DNA from: an uncultured Gemmatimonadaceae bacterium
GTDB lineage: Bacteria > Gemmatimonadota > Gemmatimonadetes > Gemmatimonadales > Gemmatimonadaceae
Length of the DNA stretch: 38,460 bases
Assembly: GCA_963790305.1 (NCBI GenBank)
Contig: CAWBOC010000012.1
Coordinates: 1-38,460 of the forward strand
Direction: 5' to 3'
Below the pieces are notes generated by a model, which searched no databases, was not told the DNA's origin, and saw nothing but the letters and a program-made list of their open reading frames with translations. The position numbers were made by a program, and so were the translations under genes. Positions 1-9,359 of this stretch are shown piece after piece. Numbering within the stretch: the first letter of the stretch is position 1; each line of letters opens with the position of its first letter.

Positions 1-541
1 GTGACGCCGCCCTGTTCGGGAACGGCGATCACTCCGTTGGGCTCGATGTAGGCTGCTCCTGGTGGTCGGTTCGGTATTCACCTTCGACCACCACGTCCGC
101 ACCGGCGAGGCCAGCGTCGACATCGCCTTTGACGATGCGCAGGTCCTTGAGGACGTGCCTCGAGCGGACCGGATCGAACACAGGGTCCAGCGGCTCGTAG
201 TCGATATCGACGCGCGCGCGCCGAAGCGTGTCGAGGTCCTCATGAGCCAGCAGCAGAATCGGCTCGGCCACGTGCCGAATCTCTCGCTCGGCGAGCAGTG
301 GCTGGTCGTCCTCGATCAGCGCGACGACGTTGCGCCCGGTGACGTCGCGGTGGTCGAGGATCGTAAACCCGGCGCGATCGAACTCGAGGCGCACGTCGCG
401 GATGCGTCCGCGCGCGATCGTGGAGCGGATGGTGCGCGCGTGGAGCATGCCGGGGAAGACGAGGTCGTCGACGTACCTCGCGGTGCCGTTGACCTTCTCG
501 GCGGAGTCCTTGCGGGGGACGTTCGTACCGACGGCGGGCAT
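1..541 (-). CDS. Xanthine dehydrogenase/aldehyde oxidase family molybdopterin-binding subunit, 5' part (runs off window; 1-nt indel near 50)
   Basis: MPAVGTNVPRKDSAEKVNGTARYVDDL..PGMLHARTIRSTIARGRI is the hammerhead N-terminus. After HQEQ the conserved YIEPNGVIAVP continues in another frame to the window edge. Confidence 0.85.
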
Positions 542-601
542 CGAGAGAGAATGCGGGCTTTCGTGGCGCAGGGCAAGTTGCCCTAGACGTCGCAAGTGCC
601 C

Positions 602-1845
602 CTAGCTCGCTCTCCGCATCACCAGCGAAGCATTCACTCCCCCAAACCCAAACGAATTACTGAGAATGTGCTCGATCTGCGCCGTCGCCCCGCCGTCGGG
701 ATGTAGTCGAGATCGCACCCCTCATCCGGCGTCGCGAGGTTCACCGTCGGCGGGAGCCAGTCGTTCGCGAGCGCCAGCGAGCAGATCGCGGCCTCGATCG
801 CGCCCGAGGCACCGAGCGCGTGTCCGTAGTATCCCTTCGTGCCGCTGACCTGAAGACGATAGGCGTGATCGCCGAAGACCTGCTTGATGGCGAGCGTCTC
901 AGTGCTGTCGTTGAGCGGCGTCGAGCTGCCGTGGGCGTTCACGTATTGGATCTCGCCGGCGTCCAGTCCCGCGTCCTCGAGCGCGCGGCGCATCGTGCGC
1001 GCGGCCTGCGAGCCATCGGGACGCGGGGCCGTCATGTGGTATGCGTCGTTCGAGAGGCCGTATCCGCACACTTCGCCGTAGATGTGTGCTCCGCGCGCGA
1101 CGGCGCGCCCCCATTCCTCGAGTACGAGAACGGCTGCTCCCTCGCCCATCACGAAGCCGTCGCGGTCCTTGTCGAAGGGTCGTGAGGCACTCGCGGGATC
1201 GTCGTTGCGCGTCGACATGGCGCGAATGATCGCGAACGCGCCATAGCACAACGGCCAGAGAGGCGCCTCGGATCCGCCACACAGCATCACATCGGCATAG
1301 CCGTCACGAATCTGACGGAAGCCCTCCCCGACGGCGATCGTGCCTGACGCGCAGCTCATCGCGTTGGTGTGATTCGGCCCTTGCACGCCGAACTCGATGG
1401 CGATGTTGCAGCTCGCCGCACCGCCGAACACGGTGAGTGCCAGCGAGGCATCCACATCCTTGAGCCCGCGCGTGAGATAGATCCCAAGCTGCTCCTCGGC
1501 GTTGCCGACGCCGCCGAGCGCCGTGCCCATCATCGAGCCAATACGCTCGCGGTCCTCGGCCGCCAGGTCGATGCGCGCATCCTCGAGCGCGAGCCGCGCG
1601 CTCGCCACCGAGAACTGGCCAAACCGATCGAGTCGGCGCGCGCGTTTGCGCTCAATGAAATCGGTGGCGTCGAACGCGTCCACCTCTCCGGCGATGTGGC
1701 TGCGGAAGGGGCTGGGATCGAACCGTGAAATGGTTCGAACGGCGGAGCGCTGGTCTTGAAGCCCCTGCCAGAATCCGGTGATGCCGGTGCCGATCGGTGT
1801 AATGGCCCCGATGCCGGTGACCGCGACGCGCCGCAGAGGCTTCAC
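602..1845 (-). CDS. fabF: Beta-ketoacyl-ACP synthase II (KAS II/KS-alpha-like); indel near 682
   Basis: RRVAVTGIGAITPIG start, catalytic Cys (MSCASG), His (NAHGSSTPLND), His (TKGYYGHALGASG). The terminal SNSFGFGGVNASLV lies in the shifted frame, ending TAG at 602-604. GTG start overlaps the upstream TGA. Confidence 0.9.
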
Positions 1846-2408
1846 GACGACCTTCCTCCAGAAGAATGAGCTGCTACCGGATGATGACCGGGGTGCACGC
1901 CTGCCGCTACCCGCTCGGCGGCCGCGGCGAGCCCGGCGAGTGTCCGGGAGGCGATGCCGTGGATGAAGACGGGCCCAATGACGGCCGTAGCGGCGAAGAC
2001 GCCGATGAGCGGCCAGTGCGGCCCGTCCCAGGCGTGCAGCAGGCGCACATGCGTGCCGTCGCGTACCTCCTCGAAGGCCCACTCGACATCCATTCCCGTG
2101 GTGATCCCTCCGATGTGGCGAAAACGAATCGCGGGGCGGGCGTCGTCAACCGTCATCTCGGACAGCCACCAGGTCGGCCATCGCACGATGCCGAACGGGC
2201 GCCAGGCAGCCATTTCGACGATGCCGCCACCGTCCGGTGCGCGATCGCGAAAGCGCACCCAACGATAGTGGGCGAGATGCGCCGGCCAGTGCTCGACGTC
2301 GCGCGCGATCGCGAACATCGTGCGCACGGGTGCGCGCACGATGCGCTCGTCGAGCGTTTCCATCGGTCGCCCGCGCGGCATTGGCGGCAGGGACAGCGCG
2401 TGGTTCAC
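1842..2408 (-). CDS. SRPBCC/START-family protein (polyketide cyclase/aromatase or Coq10-like lipid-binding)
   Basis: IVRAPVRTMFAIARDVEHWP...IRFRHIGGITTGMDVEWAFE..DGTHVRLLH is a typical SRPBCC pattern; GGAG RBS upstream of the GTG. Confidence 0.8.
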   Translation of the reverse strand: MNHALSLPPMPRGRPMETLDERIVRAPVRTMFAIARDVEHWPAHLAHYRWVRFRDRAPDGGGIVEMAAWRPFGIVRWPTWWLSEMTVDDARPAIRFRHIGGITTGMDVEWAFEEVRDGTHVRLLHAWDGPHWPLIGVFAATAVIGPVFIHGIASRTLAGLAAAAERVAAGVHPGHHPVAAHSSGGRSS

Positions 2409-2431
2409 GTTGAGTCACTCCGGGGAGACCA

Positions 2432-2508
2432 TAGGGCTGGCATCCAGGTTCAAAGTGGGGACGCGGATTTCGCGGATTCAGCGGATACGGCGGATCGTTC
2501 CTTGTGCA
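2432..2508. repeat. Left arm of ~77-bp inverted repeat containing GCGGATnnn nonamer units
   Basis: tagggctggcatccaggttcaaagtggggacgcggatttcgcggattcagcggatacggcggatcgttccttgtgca matches the reverse complement of 3842-3919 with 6 mismatches and 1 indel (manual alignment). Confidence 0.9.
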
Positions 2509-2633
2509 AACGGCTCTCCTCGCGCAATCCAAAGACAATTGCTGTTTGCTCTTGTGGACGAAGGATCTGAACTTCCCCCGGTTTAGTGGACACCTCAACC
2601 GCCTCGAGAGAGATTCGAGGCAGGAGGTGTGAA

Positions 2634-2937
2634 ATGAAAAAGAAACGGGGACGAACAGCGTACACGGACGAGTTTCGGCGTGAGGCGGTGCGACTCGTGG
2701 AGGCCACTCCCGACCAGCTGGTGGATATTGCGCGCGCCCTGGACGTGAATCCGGAGACGTTACGCAATTGGCGGCGGAGCGCCGCCGCGAACGGCGACGC
2801 GCCGCATTGTGCCGCCGACGCGGGTGCTCTCGCTCGAGGAGGAGAATCGACGGTTGCGGCAGGAGAACGCGCGGCTCGCCGAGGAGCGCGACATCCTAAA
2901 AAAAGCGACGGCCTTCTTCGCCAGGGATGCACGATGA
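2634..2937 (+). CDS. IS3 OrfA (HTH + leucine zipper); internal indel around 2790-2820
   Basis: AGGAGG RBS; YTDEFRREAVRLV..IARALDVNPETLRNW HTH. The C-terminal LEEENRRLRQENARLAEERDILKKATAFFARDAR* is in the +1 frame. Confidence 0.85.
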
Positions 2938-3806
2938 GGTTCGTGTTCATCGGCGCGCACGCCCGCATCTTTCACATCACCACGATGTGTCGGGTGCTGG
3001 AGGTGTCGAGGGCCGGCTACTACGCCTGGTGTGCGCGCCCGCTCTGTGACCGCGTCCGCGAGGACCGCCGCCTGCGCGAGCGGATTCGCCAGATCCACCA
3101 CGAGGTCAAGGGGCGCTATGGCAGCCCGCGGGTCCACCAGGAGTTGCGCGCGGTGGGCCTTCCGTGCGGCAAGCATTGCGTCGCGCGGCTGATGCGCGCC
3201 GAGGGCCTCCGCGCGAAGAGCACGCCGCGGTGTCGCGTCACGACCCAGTCGGATCATACCGCGCGGGTCGCCCCGAACGTGCTCGCGCGGCAGTTCGGGG
3301 TCGAGACCGCGGGCGCGCCGGATCGGGTGTGGGTGGCGGACCTCACCTATGTCGCGACGCGCGAGGGCTGGCTCTACCTCGCCGTCGTGCTCGATCTGGC
3401 GACGCGGCGCGTGGTGGGCTGGGCGCTCCGCACGCGCGTGGATCAGGAGCTGGCGCTGGCGGCGCTCCGCATGGCCCTCACGCATTGCGGCGCACGCGGG
3501 GGCCTGCATCATTCCGATCGCGGCGTGCAGTACGCGAGTGGCGCCTATCAAGCGCTCCTCCGCTCGGCCGGCTTTACGCCGAGCATGAGTCGGGTGGGGA
3601 ATTGCTGGGACAACGCGGTCGCCGAGAGCTTCTTTGCCACCCTCACGAAAGAATTGCTGGTCGATGGCGTCTTCTCCAGTCGCGAGCAGGCGAGTCGCGA
3701 GCTCGTCACGTTCATCGAGCTCTGGTACAATCGGAAACGCCGGCATTCGGCGCTGGGTTATCGGACGCCGGTAGAGGTGGAGGCACAGCTCGCACGAGCC
3801 GGTTAA
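2934..3806 (+). CDS. IS3 OrfB DDE transposase
   Basis: YGSPRV, WVADLTY, HHSDRGVQY, CWDNAVAESFF, YNRKRRHSALGY motifs; ATG overlaps the orfA TGA. Confidence 0.95.
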   Translation: MRFVFIGAHARIFHITTMCRVLEVSRAGYYAWCARPLCDRVREDRRLRERIRQIHHEVKGRYGSPRVHQELRAVGLPCGKHCVARLMRAEGLRAKSTPRCRVTTQSDHTARVAPNVLARQFGVETAGAPDRVWVADLTYVATREGWLYLAVVLDLATRRVVGWALRTRVDQELALAALRMALTHCGARGGLHHSDRGVQYASGAYQALLRSAGFTPSMSRVGNCWDNAVAESFFATLTKELLVDGVFSSREQASRELVTFIELWYNRKRRHSALGYRTPVEVEAQLARAG

Positions 3807-3841
3807 CCAGGTGTCTACAAAACCGGGGGAACTCCAATCAA

Positions 3842-3919
3842 TGCCCAAGGAGCGATCCGGCCGTTTCCGCTGCATCCGCGAAATCCGCGTCCCCCCTTTG
3901 AACCTGGATGCCCGCCCTA
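3842..3919. repeat. Right arm of the inverted repeat split by the IS3; its end carries the methyltransferase TAG stop
   Basis: Reverse complement of 2432-2508. Confidence 0.9.
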
Positions 3920-4636
3920 CAGCGTTGAACGCGACCCTGCTGGAATCCACGAGGCAGCGACACGAAACCCACGGTGCCGCCTGACTCGCGGCGTGACGCC
4001 GACGGCCTCGCTCACGAGGGTCGCGAGCTCGTCGAGCGTAAAGCCACGCAGAACCGAGACCACTCCATCGTGCCGACTTACTGGGTGAAATCGCAGCGGC
4101 CATGACGCAAGCCAGATCCCGGCGGCGGCGACCCAACTGCGGCGAATGTCGCTCACGATGACGCGACGGCGCGCAACCCGATCGAGCTCGTGCAAGAGCG
4201 CGATCCCGTCGTCACGGCGAAAGTGATGCAAGACCTGCGAGCAAAGCACGACATCGAAGGCGCGATCGGCGATCGGGAGATATCGCGCATCGGCTCTGAG
4301 CATGTGCAGGGTCGTGTCGTGCGCGGCGACGGTGAGCGCTTCGCTCGTGTCGAGGCCTACCGTGCACACCGTGACACCATGCTGCGCCGCTCGCGCGCGG
4401 ACGCGCGCCGGGATGTCACCGAGGCCAGTTCCGACATCGAGGAGCGAGAACGCGTGTGGTTCCGCGATGCCCGGACGCAACAGGTCATCGAGCTCCGCCA
4501 GCACGGCGTGCGCGCCGCCGAACAACGCATTCGAGCGTGCAACGTCGCCCATCGACCGCGCGGCAACGCGCGCTTCGACAGTCGGGTCGTCGAGATACTC
4601 GTGGCCGTAGCGACGGCGCGGCGTCAACAGCGCCAC
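3917..4636 (-). CDS. Class I SAM-dependent methyltransferase
   Basis: LLDVGTGLGD motif I, ADARYLP, FDVVLCSQVLHHF; N-terminal EYLDDP...DVARSNALFGG. Confidence 0.88.
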   Translation of the reverse strand: MALLTPRRRYGHEYLDDPTVEARVAARSMGDVARSNALFGGAHAVLAELDDLLRPGIAEPHAFSLLDVGTGLGDIPARVRARAAQHGVTVCTVGLDTSEALTVAAHDTTLHMLRADARYLPIADRAFDVVLCSQVLHHFRRDDGIALLHELDRVARRRVIVSDIRRSWVAAAGIWLASWPLRFHPVSRHDGVVSVLRGFTLDELATLVSEAVGVTPRVRRHRGFRVAASWIPAGSRSTL

Positions 4637-4637
4637 G

Positions 4638-5114
4638 TCACCGCGCCAAATGCGCGTAGCCGCCGCGGTAGTAGAGAAGGGGCTCGTCCATCGTCGCGGA
4701 TGCCGCCAACACCTCCGCGACGAAGATCGTGTGATCGCCGCCTGGGTGGCGATGAATCACGCGGCCCTCGACGACCGCGAGCGCGCCATCGATGAGGGGA
4801 GCGCCGGTCACCCCACGAGTGAACCCCACGCCGTCGAAGCGATTGTCGAGCTTCTCGGCGAACCGGCGCGCGATCGCCTCCTGCGAAGCGGTAAGAACGC
4901 TGACAGCCATCTCCTCCTGCTTCAGCAGCACCGGGTGAAGCGTCGCATCGTGCGCGATCGACACGAGCACGAGCGGTGGATCGAGGCTCACCGAGCAGAA
5001 CGCGCTTGCCGTCATCCCGTGGTCGACGCCGGCGTCATCGCGGGCGGTGACGATGGTGACGCCCGAGACGAAGCGTCCAAGCACGCTTCGGAACGTGGCG
5101 CTGTCGATCGGCAT
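4638..5114 (-). CDS. Flavin reductase (HpaC/RutF-like)
   Basis: FRSVLGRFVSGVTIVT, GMTASAFCSVSLDPPLVLV, GGDHTIF, PLLYYRGGY. Confidence 0.93.
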   Translation of the reverse strand: MPIDSATFRSVLGRFVSGVTIVTARDDAGVDHGMTASAFCSVSLDPPLVLVSIAHDATLHPVLLKQEEMAVSVLTASQEAIARRFAEKLDNRFDGVGFTRGVTGAPLIDGALAVVEGRVIHRHPGGDHTIFVAEVLAASATMDEPLLYYRGGYAHLAR

Positions 5115-5119
5115 GTCGG

Positions 5120-6385
5120 TCAGCTCTCGTGCGCGGGTACGTGGGGTCCTCGTGCGCTGGCGCCGGCCAGCGATGGGAAAAGCAACGCCAGAAGGTAGGA
5201 TGGGCGCAATACCTCACGTGCGGGCACGAAGTCGCCGGTGACCCCGACGAAGAGGTCAGCCAGATCCTTGCGGCGCGAGAGCGTGTGAGCCGCGCGCTCG
5301 ATGAGGGCCGGGAAGGCGACCGCTGCCCCGACAAGGCGTTCGACGCGCCATTTGCCGCGAAACTCGGCGCGACGCGTGCGGTCGTACTCGCGCAGCGCCT
5401 CGTCGCCCGGTGAACGCGCGATGGCACCAAGTGCGGCGCTGGCCGCGAGCTCTCCCCCGCGAAGAGCCGCATAGATCCCCTCGCCCGTGAATGGATCGAA
5501 GAAGTCCGCCGCATCGCCGACGAGAAGAGCCCCGGGGGCCCATGCGCGGCGCGCTCGCACGTTGAAGGGTCCCGTCGCCACGACCGGTGACTCCCGCACC
5601 GCGCGAGTGAACCGCTTCGCGAGGTGAGGACGCCGGCCGAGCCATCCTGAGACGTATTGTCCCCGGTCGGCGCCGATCGCACGTGCTCGTGAGGCGGGAA
5701 TGACCATGGCGACGTTCACGAGACCGTCATCCACGGGCGCCAACCCGACGTATCCGTCTCGCTCCACGTGCATCTCGCCGTACTCGCCGATGTCGGCGAT
5801 GCCGCGCCAATGCGAAACGAGGGCTATCCGCCGGGGGAATCGCCCGCTGCGAATGAGTCCCAGGCGCCGGCCTACGATGCTCCGCAGTCCGTCCGCCCCG
5901 ACCACGAGCGGTGCGGCGAGCTCGCGCGCGCCGCCGTCGTTGGCGACGGCGACACCGCTGACGCGGCCGCGCGTGTCTCGTCGCACCTCCGTGACGCGCG
6001 TGGACTCCATGACGCGCGCGCCCGCACCACGAGCGGCGTCGAGCAGGATTTCATCGAGCACGCGGCGCCGGATCGCGAGCCCTCGGTCGCGGAATCCTCG
6101 AAAGCCGTGTTGCGCGGCAAAGTCGCCACGGAGCTGCCGGCCGGACGGCGCGCGAACGATCATCCCGGCCAGCCGCGACGGCCCTCGCGATTCGACCTCG
6201 GCGAGGACCCCCATCTCGTGCAGCACGCGCGACGCCTGCGGGCTCAGGTATTCCGCGCACGGCTTGTCGCGCGGAAACGATTCACGATCGACGATGAGCA
6301 CCTTCGCACCGGCGGTGGCGAGCGCGAATGCGGTGGACGCTCCCGCTGGCCCTCCGCCGACGACGATGACGTCGGCGTCGTTCAC
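5120..6385 (-). CDS. NAD(P)/FAD-dependent oxidoreductase (geranylgeranyl reductase/halogenase-like fold)
   Basis: VIVVGGGPAG, FPRDKPCAE, VVGADG, LLVGDAADFFDPFTGEGIYAAL; GTG at 6385 overlaps the radical SAM TGA. Confidence 0.88.
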   Translation of the reverse strand: MNDADVIVVGGGPAGASTAFALATAGAKVLIVDRESFPRDKPCAEYLSPQASRVLHEMGVLAEVESRGPSRLAGMIVRAPSGRQLRGDFAAQHGFRGFRDRGLAIRRRVLDEILLDAARGAGARVMESTRVTEVRRDTRGRVSGVAVANDGGARELAAPLVVGADGLRSIVGRRLGLIRSGRFPRRIALVSHWRGIADIGEYGEMHVERDGYVGLAPVDDGLVNVAMVIPASRARAIGADRGQYVSGWLGRRPHLAKRFTRAVRESPVVATGPFNVRARRAWAPGALLVGDAADFFDPFTGEGIYAALRGGELAASAALGAIARSPGDEALREYDRTRRAEFRGKWRVERLVGAAVAFPALIERAAHTLSRRKDLADLFVGVTGDFVPAREVLRPSYLLALLFPSLAGASARGPHVPAHES

Positions 6386-7851
6386 GCCGGAACGCGCGCT
6401 GGCCGCCAGATGCGCCCGCTGGCGCGCGCAAGCCGCTGAAACGTTCCCATGTAACGCCAATGCGGTCCTGGCAACCGCAGGAGTGAGGCGAGCCGCGTCA
6501 GGTAGGGCAGCAGCGACGAGCGGGAGTCCGCCGAGAACATGAAGCGGGGGTGATGCGACGCGAACTGGCGAAGGCGCGTGAGGGCGGTCGTGCGATCGAG
6601 AGAGCGAGAAAAGTAGAAAGCCGGTGCCAGCAAAGGGTCGCCGCCGTCGATCACACCCTCATCGGCGGCGATCCGTTGCAGCGTCGTCCCAGGATAGATG
6701 CGCAGGCCAACCGTGAGATACACGGCATCCCCGCGTGACAGCCGCCAGTCGGCGAAGCGCAGGGTCTCCTCCAGCGTCTCAGGCGTCTCCCCTGGTCCGC
6801 CGACGAGGAAGATCCAGAGGACTCTCATCCCCGCGCGCTCGACGCGCTCCGCGACGCTGCGCACTTGCTGCGCGTCGAAGCCCTTCTCGAGGCGAGCGAG
6901 CACCTGCTCGCTCGCACTCTCGGCCGTGATGCCGAGCCATCGAAAACCCGCGGGCCCCATGGCGGCGAGCAGCTCGGGTGTGGCCGACGCCGGCGTGAAA
7001 TTGGTCGTATCGAGGTGCACGCGGAGGCCGCGTCGCACGATGGCCTCGCATACCGCGGTCGCATGTCTCGGCGGCGAGTTGAACGTCGAATCGACGAACT
7101 CGAAACGCCGAACGCCTCGCTCCCGCGCGAGCGACGCCATTTCATCGGCTACGGATTCCGGATCACGAAGGCGATAGCCCCACCCTTCGACGTTGAGGTA
7201 CGTGCAGTACACGCACTTGAACACGCAACCCCGCTTGGTCTGGATCGGAATGGTCGCCCCATGCCGCTGGTAGGCGCGAATGTCGATCCAGTCCTGCATG
7301 CGCATCTCGGGCAGCGTGTCCAGACTGGCCTCGCCTCCGGGCGGGACGAGCTGCGTGCCGCCGGCGTCGCGCCTGACGAGTCCGGGGACCATCCCCGGAT
7401 CGCGACCGGCCGCCAGCGCATCGATCAGCGCAACAGTCGCCCGTTCGCCGTCACCCGCGACCGCCCAGTCGACGCCCAATGCATCCGTGAGGGCGGCGGG
7501 AGCGACGCCGAAGGCTGCGCCCCCCGCGATGACGCTCGCGCGAGGGGCTGCATCGCGAAGCGCCTGCGTCACGGCCGTGGCCTCCGGTGTGTAATGCCGG
7601 AGGGCGATGAGGTCACTGTTGTCGATGTTTCTGACCGAAACGCCCACCACATCAGGGGCGAAGCCGCGGGCTGCTTCGCGCGCGGTACGGACGGCGTCGC
7701 GCACGAAGCAGAGATCGAGCACGCGCACCTCATGGCCTGCCTGCCGGAGCGCCGACGCGACGCAGGCGACGCCGTTAGGCACGACGGGTTGCGGCGCGTG
7801 CTCGCGATTCGTGCTCACGAGCAGCACCCGCGGCTTCGTCGACACCGTCAC
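6382..7851 (-). CDS. Cobalamin-binding domain/radical SAM protein (class B methyltransferase-like)
   Basis: B12-binding N-terminus (GHEVRVLDL, PDVVGVSVRNIDN, IAGGAAF) and CxxxCxxC (KRGCVFKCVYC). Confidence 0.9.
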   Translation of the reverse strand: MTVSTKPRVLLVSTNREHAPQPVVPNGVACVASALRQAGHEVRVLDLCFVRDAVRTAREAARGFAPDVVGVSVRNIDNSDLIALRHYTPEATAVTQALRDAAPRASVIAGGAAFGVAPAALTDALGVDWAVAGDGERATVALIDALAAGRDPGMVPGLVRRDAGGTQLVPPGGEASLDTLPEMRMQDWIDIRAYQRHGATIPIQTKRGCVFKCVYCTYLNVEGWGYRLRDPESVADEMASLARERGVRRFEFVDSTFNSPPRHATAVCEAIVRRGLRVHLDTTNFTPASATPELLAAMGPAGFRWLGITAESASEQVLARLEKGFDAQQVRSVAERVERAGMRVLWIFLVGGPGETPETLEETLRFADWRLSRGDAVYLTVGLRIYPGTTLQRIAADEGVIDGGDPLLAPAFYFSRSLDRTTALTRLRQFASHHPRFMFSADSRSSLLPYLTRLASLLRLPGPHWRYMGTFQRLARASGRIWRPARVPA

Positions 7852-8325
7852 TCAGGTGACGCGCACAAAGTCGCGGCCATCGAGGTTGAGCACATTCGCG
7901 AAGAGGGCGAAGCCGAAGCGCGACGTGCCGGAGTCGGGGAATCGGAAGGTGATCACCAGCGTCGAGCCCTCGGTATGCCACGACGCATTGGCGGTGAGCA
8001 CGTCGGTGATGCCCGAGCTCAGGCTCTGCGTAATGACCGTGCGCGTGGCGCTTCCGTCGGAGCGGAATTCCCACGTCGTTCGAGAGCTGTGTCGCGTCCC
8101 CTCGTTGTCGGTGATCACCAGGACCCGCGTCCACATGCCAATGAGGGCGTCATGGTGCGAGCCCGATCCCTTCCCGGTGCCGATTTGCACGCCCGGGCCG
8201 ATCCGCATGTCGACATTGTTGCAGGCGGTGGTGGCGAGCATTGTCGCCGCGAGCGCCACTGCCAGCGCGGCTACTGGAGCGCGCGCGCGACGACGATCGC
8301 CAATGACGCGCCCACTACGCTGCAC
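7852..8325 (-). CDS. Hypothetical lipoprotein (lipocalin-like beta barrel?); start uncertain
   Basis: Basic N-region, hydrophobic stretch, TTAC lipobox-like, LIGMWT motif; fills the gap between coupled genes. Confidence 0.55.
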   Translation of the reverse strand: MQRSGRVIGDRRRARAPVAALAVALAATMLATTACNNVDMRIGPGVQIGTGKGSGSHHDALIGMWTRVLVITDNEGTRHSSRTTWEFRSDGSATRTVITQSLSSGITDVLTANASWHTEGSTLVITFRFPDSGTSRFGFALFANVLNLDGRDFVRVT

Positions 8326-9062
8326 AACAAGTTGACCGCATCGTTGGTCATCCATGATGCACCCCCCGCATGGACCGTGTGTGCCCCGCATGAATGAATC
8401 GCGCGTTCCGTGAGCGCGTCGCAGGAAGCACACCGCCGTCGCGCCTGCATCGTCGCTCCGGCGAGCGAGTCTGCGAGCGCTCCGACTACACCGCCGACGA
8501 AGGCCGCGACGAAAACGTGTCGAGGCCACACGGCGGCGACCATGCCCAGTGTCAGAAACGCACTTCCCAACACCATCCCAATCGAGCCGTGCACTGTCAC
8601 CGCGCCCGACGTGCCGGGCAACGCCGGACGCCACGTCGTGACGACGCGAGGAACACCCTTGGCGAGCGTTCCGATCTCCGTGGCCCATGTGTCGGCCGTC
8701 GCGGCCGCGAGTGCACCGCCTCCCAGAGCCATCCAGCCATCCCAGGGCAAGGCAACGTACCCGAGGGCAGCCGCGGCGAACACGCCTCCGTTCGCCAATA
8801 CCTGCACCGCGTCGCGCCGGGATTCCTTTTCGAGGATCCCGGATGTTCGCTGTCGCTTGATGTCTATGCCAATGCGCGAGAGCGCGCTAGACGAGAGGAA
8901 AAACGCGAGTAGGAGCGCCGCCCACGACCACCCCGCGGCGACGCTGACCGCGCCCACGATCGTCGCGGCAACAGCACCATCGGTCGTGAGCGCGCGCGCC
9001 GCCCTCGCCGCGATCGCGATGACCGCGGCGAGCGCGATCCCCGCGGCCGCCCGTTCGATCAC
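8271..9062 (-). CDS. DUF92/TMEM19 family membrane protein
   Basis: FFLSSSALSR, RDAVQVLANGG, AAATADTWATEIG, PGTSGAVT, DSLAGATMQ, NDAVNLL; C-terminal CASC..HSCG knuckle. Confidence 0.9.
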   Translation of the reverse strand: MIERAAAGIALAAVIAIAARAARALTTDGAVAATIVGAVSVAAGWSWAALLLAFFLSSSALSRIGIDIKRQRTSGILEKESRRDAVQVLANGGVFAAAALGYVALPWDGWMALGGGALAAATADTWATEIGTLAKGVPRVVTTWRPALPGTSGAVTVHGSIGMVLGSAFLTLGMVAAVWPRHVFVAAFVGGVVGALADSLAGATMQARRRCASCDALTERAIHSCGAHTVHAGGASWMTNDAVNLLCSVVGASLAIVVARALQ

Positions 9063-9331
9063 GGCTCGTCGCGGCCGATCTCGTCCTCGAGAAGCTTCTT
9101 GAAAATGCGGCGGCGAAGGGAAGGCGGGGCCTTTTCCATCTGCGTGCGCCGCTCCAGAAAGCGCAGGAACACCTCTTCATGCCGGAAGTGCGGGAAGCAC
9201 TTTCGGCACTTGCCGAGGTGGTCGCGAATCTGCGCGTCCACATCGCTCGTCAGCTCGCCATCCAGAAACTCATAGATGCGCTCAATGACAGCGTTGCACG
9301 GCAGCTCGTCGCCGTGATGCGGGCCAGTCAT
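9059..9331 (-). CDS. Zinc-binding anti-sigma factor (zf-HC2/RsrA-like)
   Basis: C..VIERIYEFLDGEL.....IRDHLGKCRKC (HxxxCxxC) and APPSLRRRI; 90 aa. Confidence 0.88.
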   Translation of the reverse strand: MTGPHHGDELPCNAVIERIYEFLDGELTSDVDAQIRDHLGKCRKCFPHFRHEEVFLRFLERRTQMEKAPPSLRRRIFKKLLEDEIGRDEP

Positions 9332-9359
9332 GGCTCGGTTGCTACGCTCACGATCATAG

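Larger units (their letters stand above)
2568..3836 (+). mobile_element. IS3-family insertion sequence (1269 bp)
   Basis: TG...CA ends; 28-bp imperfect terminal inverted repeats (TGAACTTCCCCCGGTTTAGTGGACACCT, 24/28 match); 3-bp target duplication ATC (2565-2567 / 3837-3839); orfA/orfB with A7G slippery motif at 2898-2905. Confidence 0.95.

Noticed and set aside
1..541. Xanthine dehydrogenase-like gene as part of the nucleic-acid utilisation locus
   Set aside because: It lies 18 kb away in a different operon and its substrate cannot be assigned from this fragment.
569..584. Small hairpin agggcaagttgccct between fabF and the xdh-like gene as a terminator
   Set aside because: Very short stem with a 1-nt loop and no U-tract; insufficient support.
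1846..2082. Arg-rich N-terminal extension of FabF (similarly the extensions on mlaE, lptG, the FAD enzyme and the anti-sigma)
   Set aside because: These overlap upstream genes in another frame; coupled GTG/ATG starts explain the true N-termini.
6865..8397. Long antisense ORFs (also 2760-4136, 13863-15386, 17767-19155, 31485-32984, 33168-34460)
   Set aside because: Shadow ORFs typical of high-GC codon bias opposite well-supported genes; no recognisable motifs.
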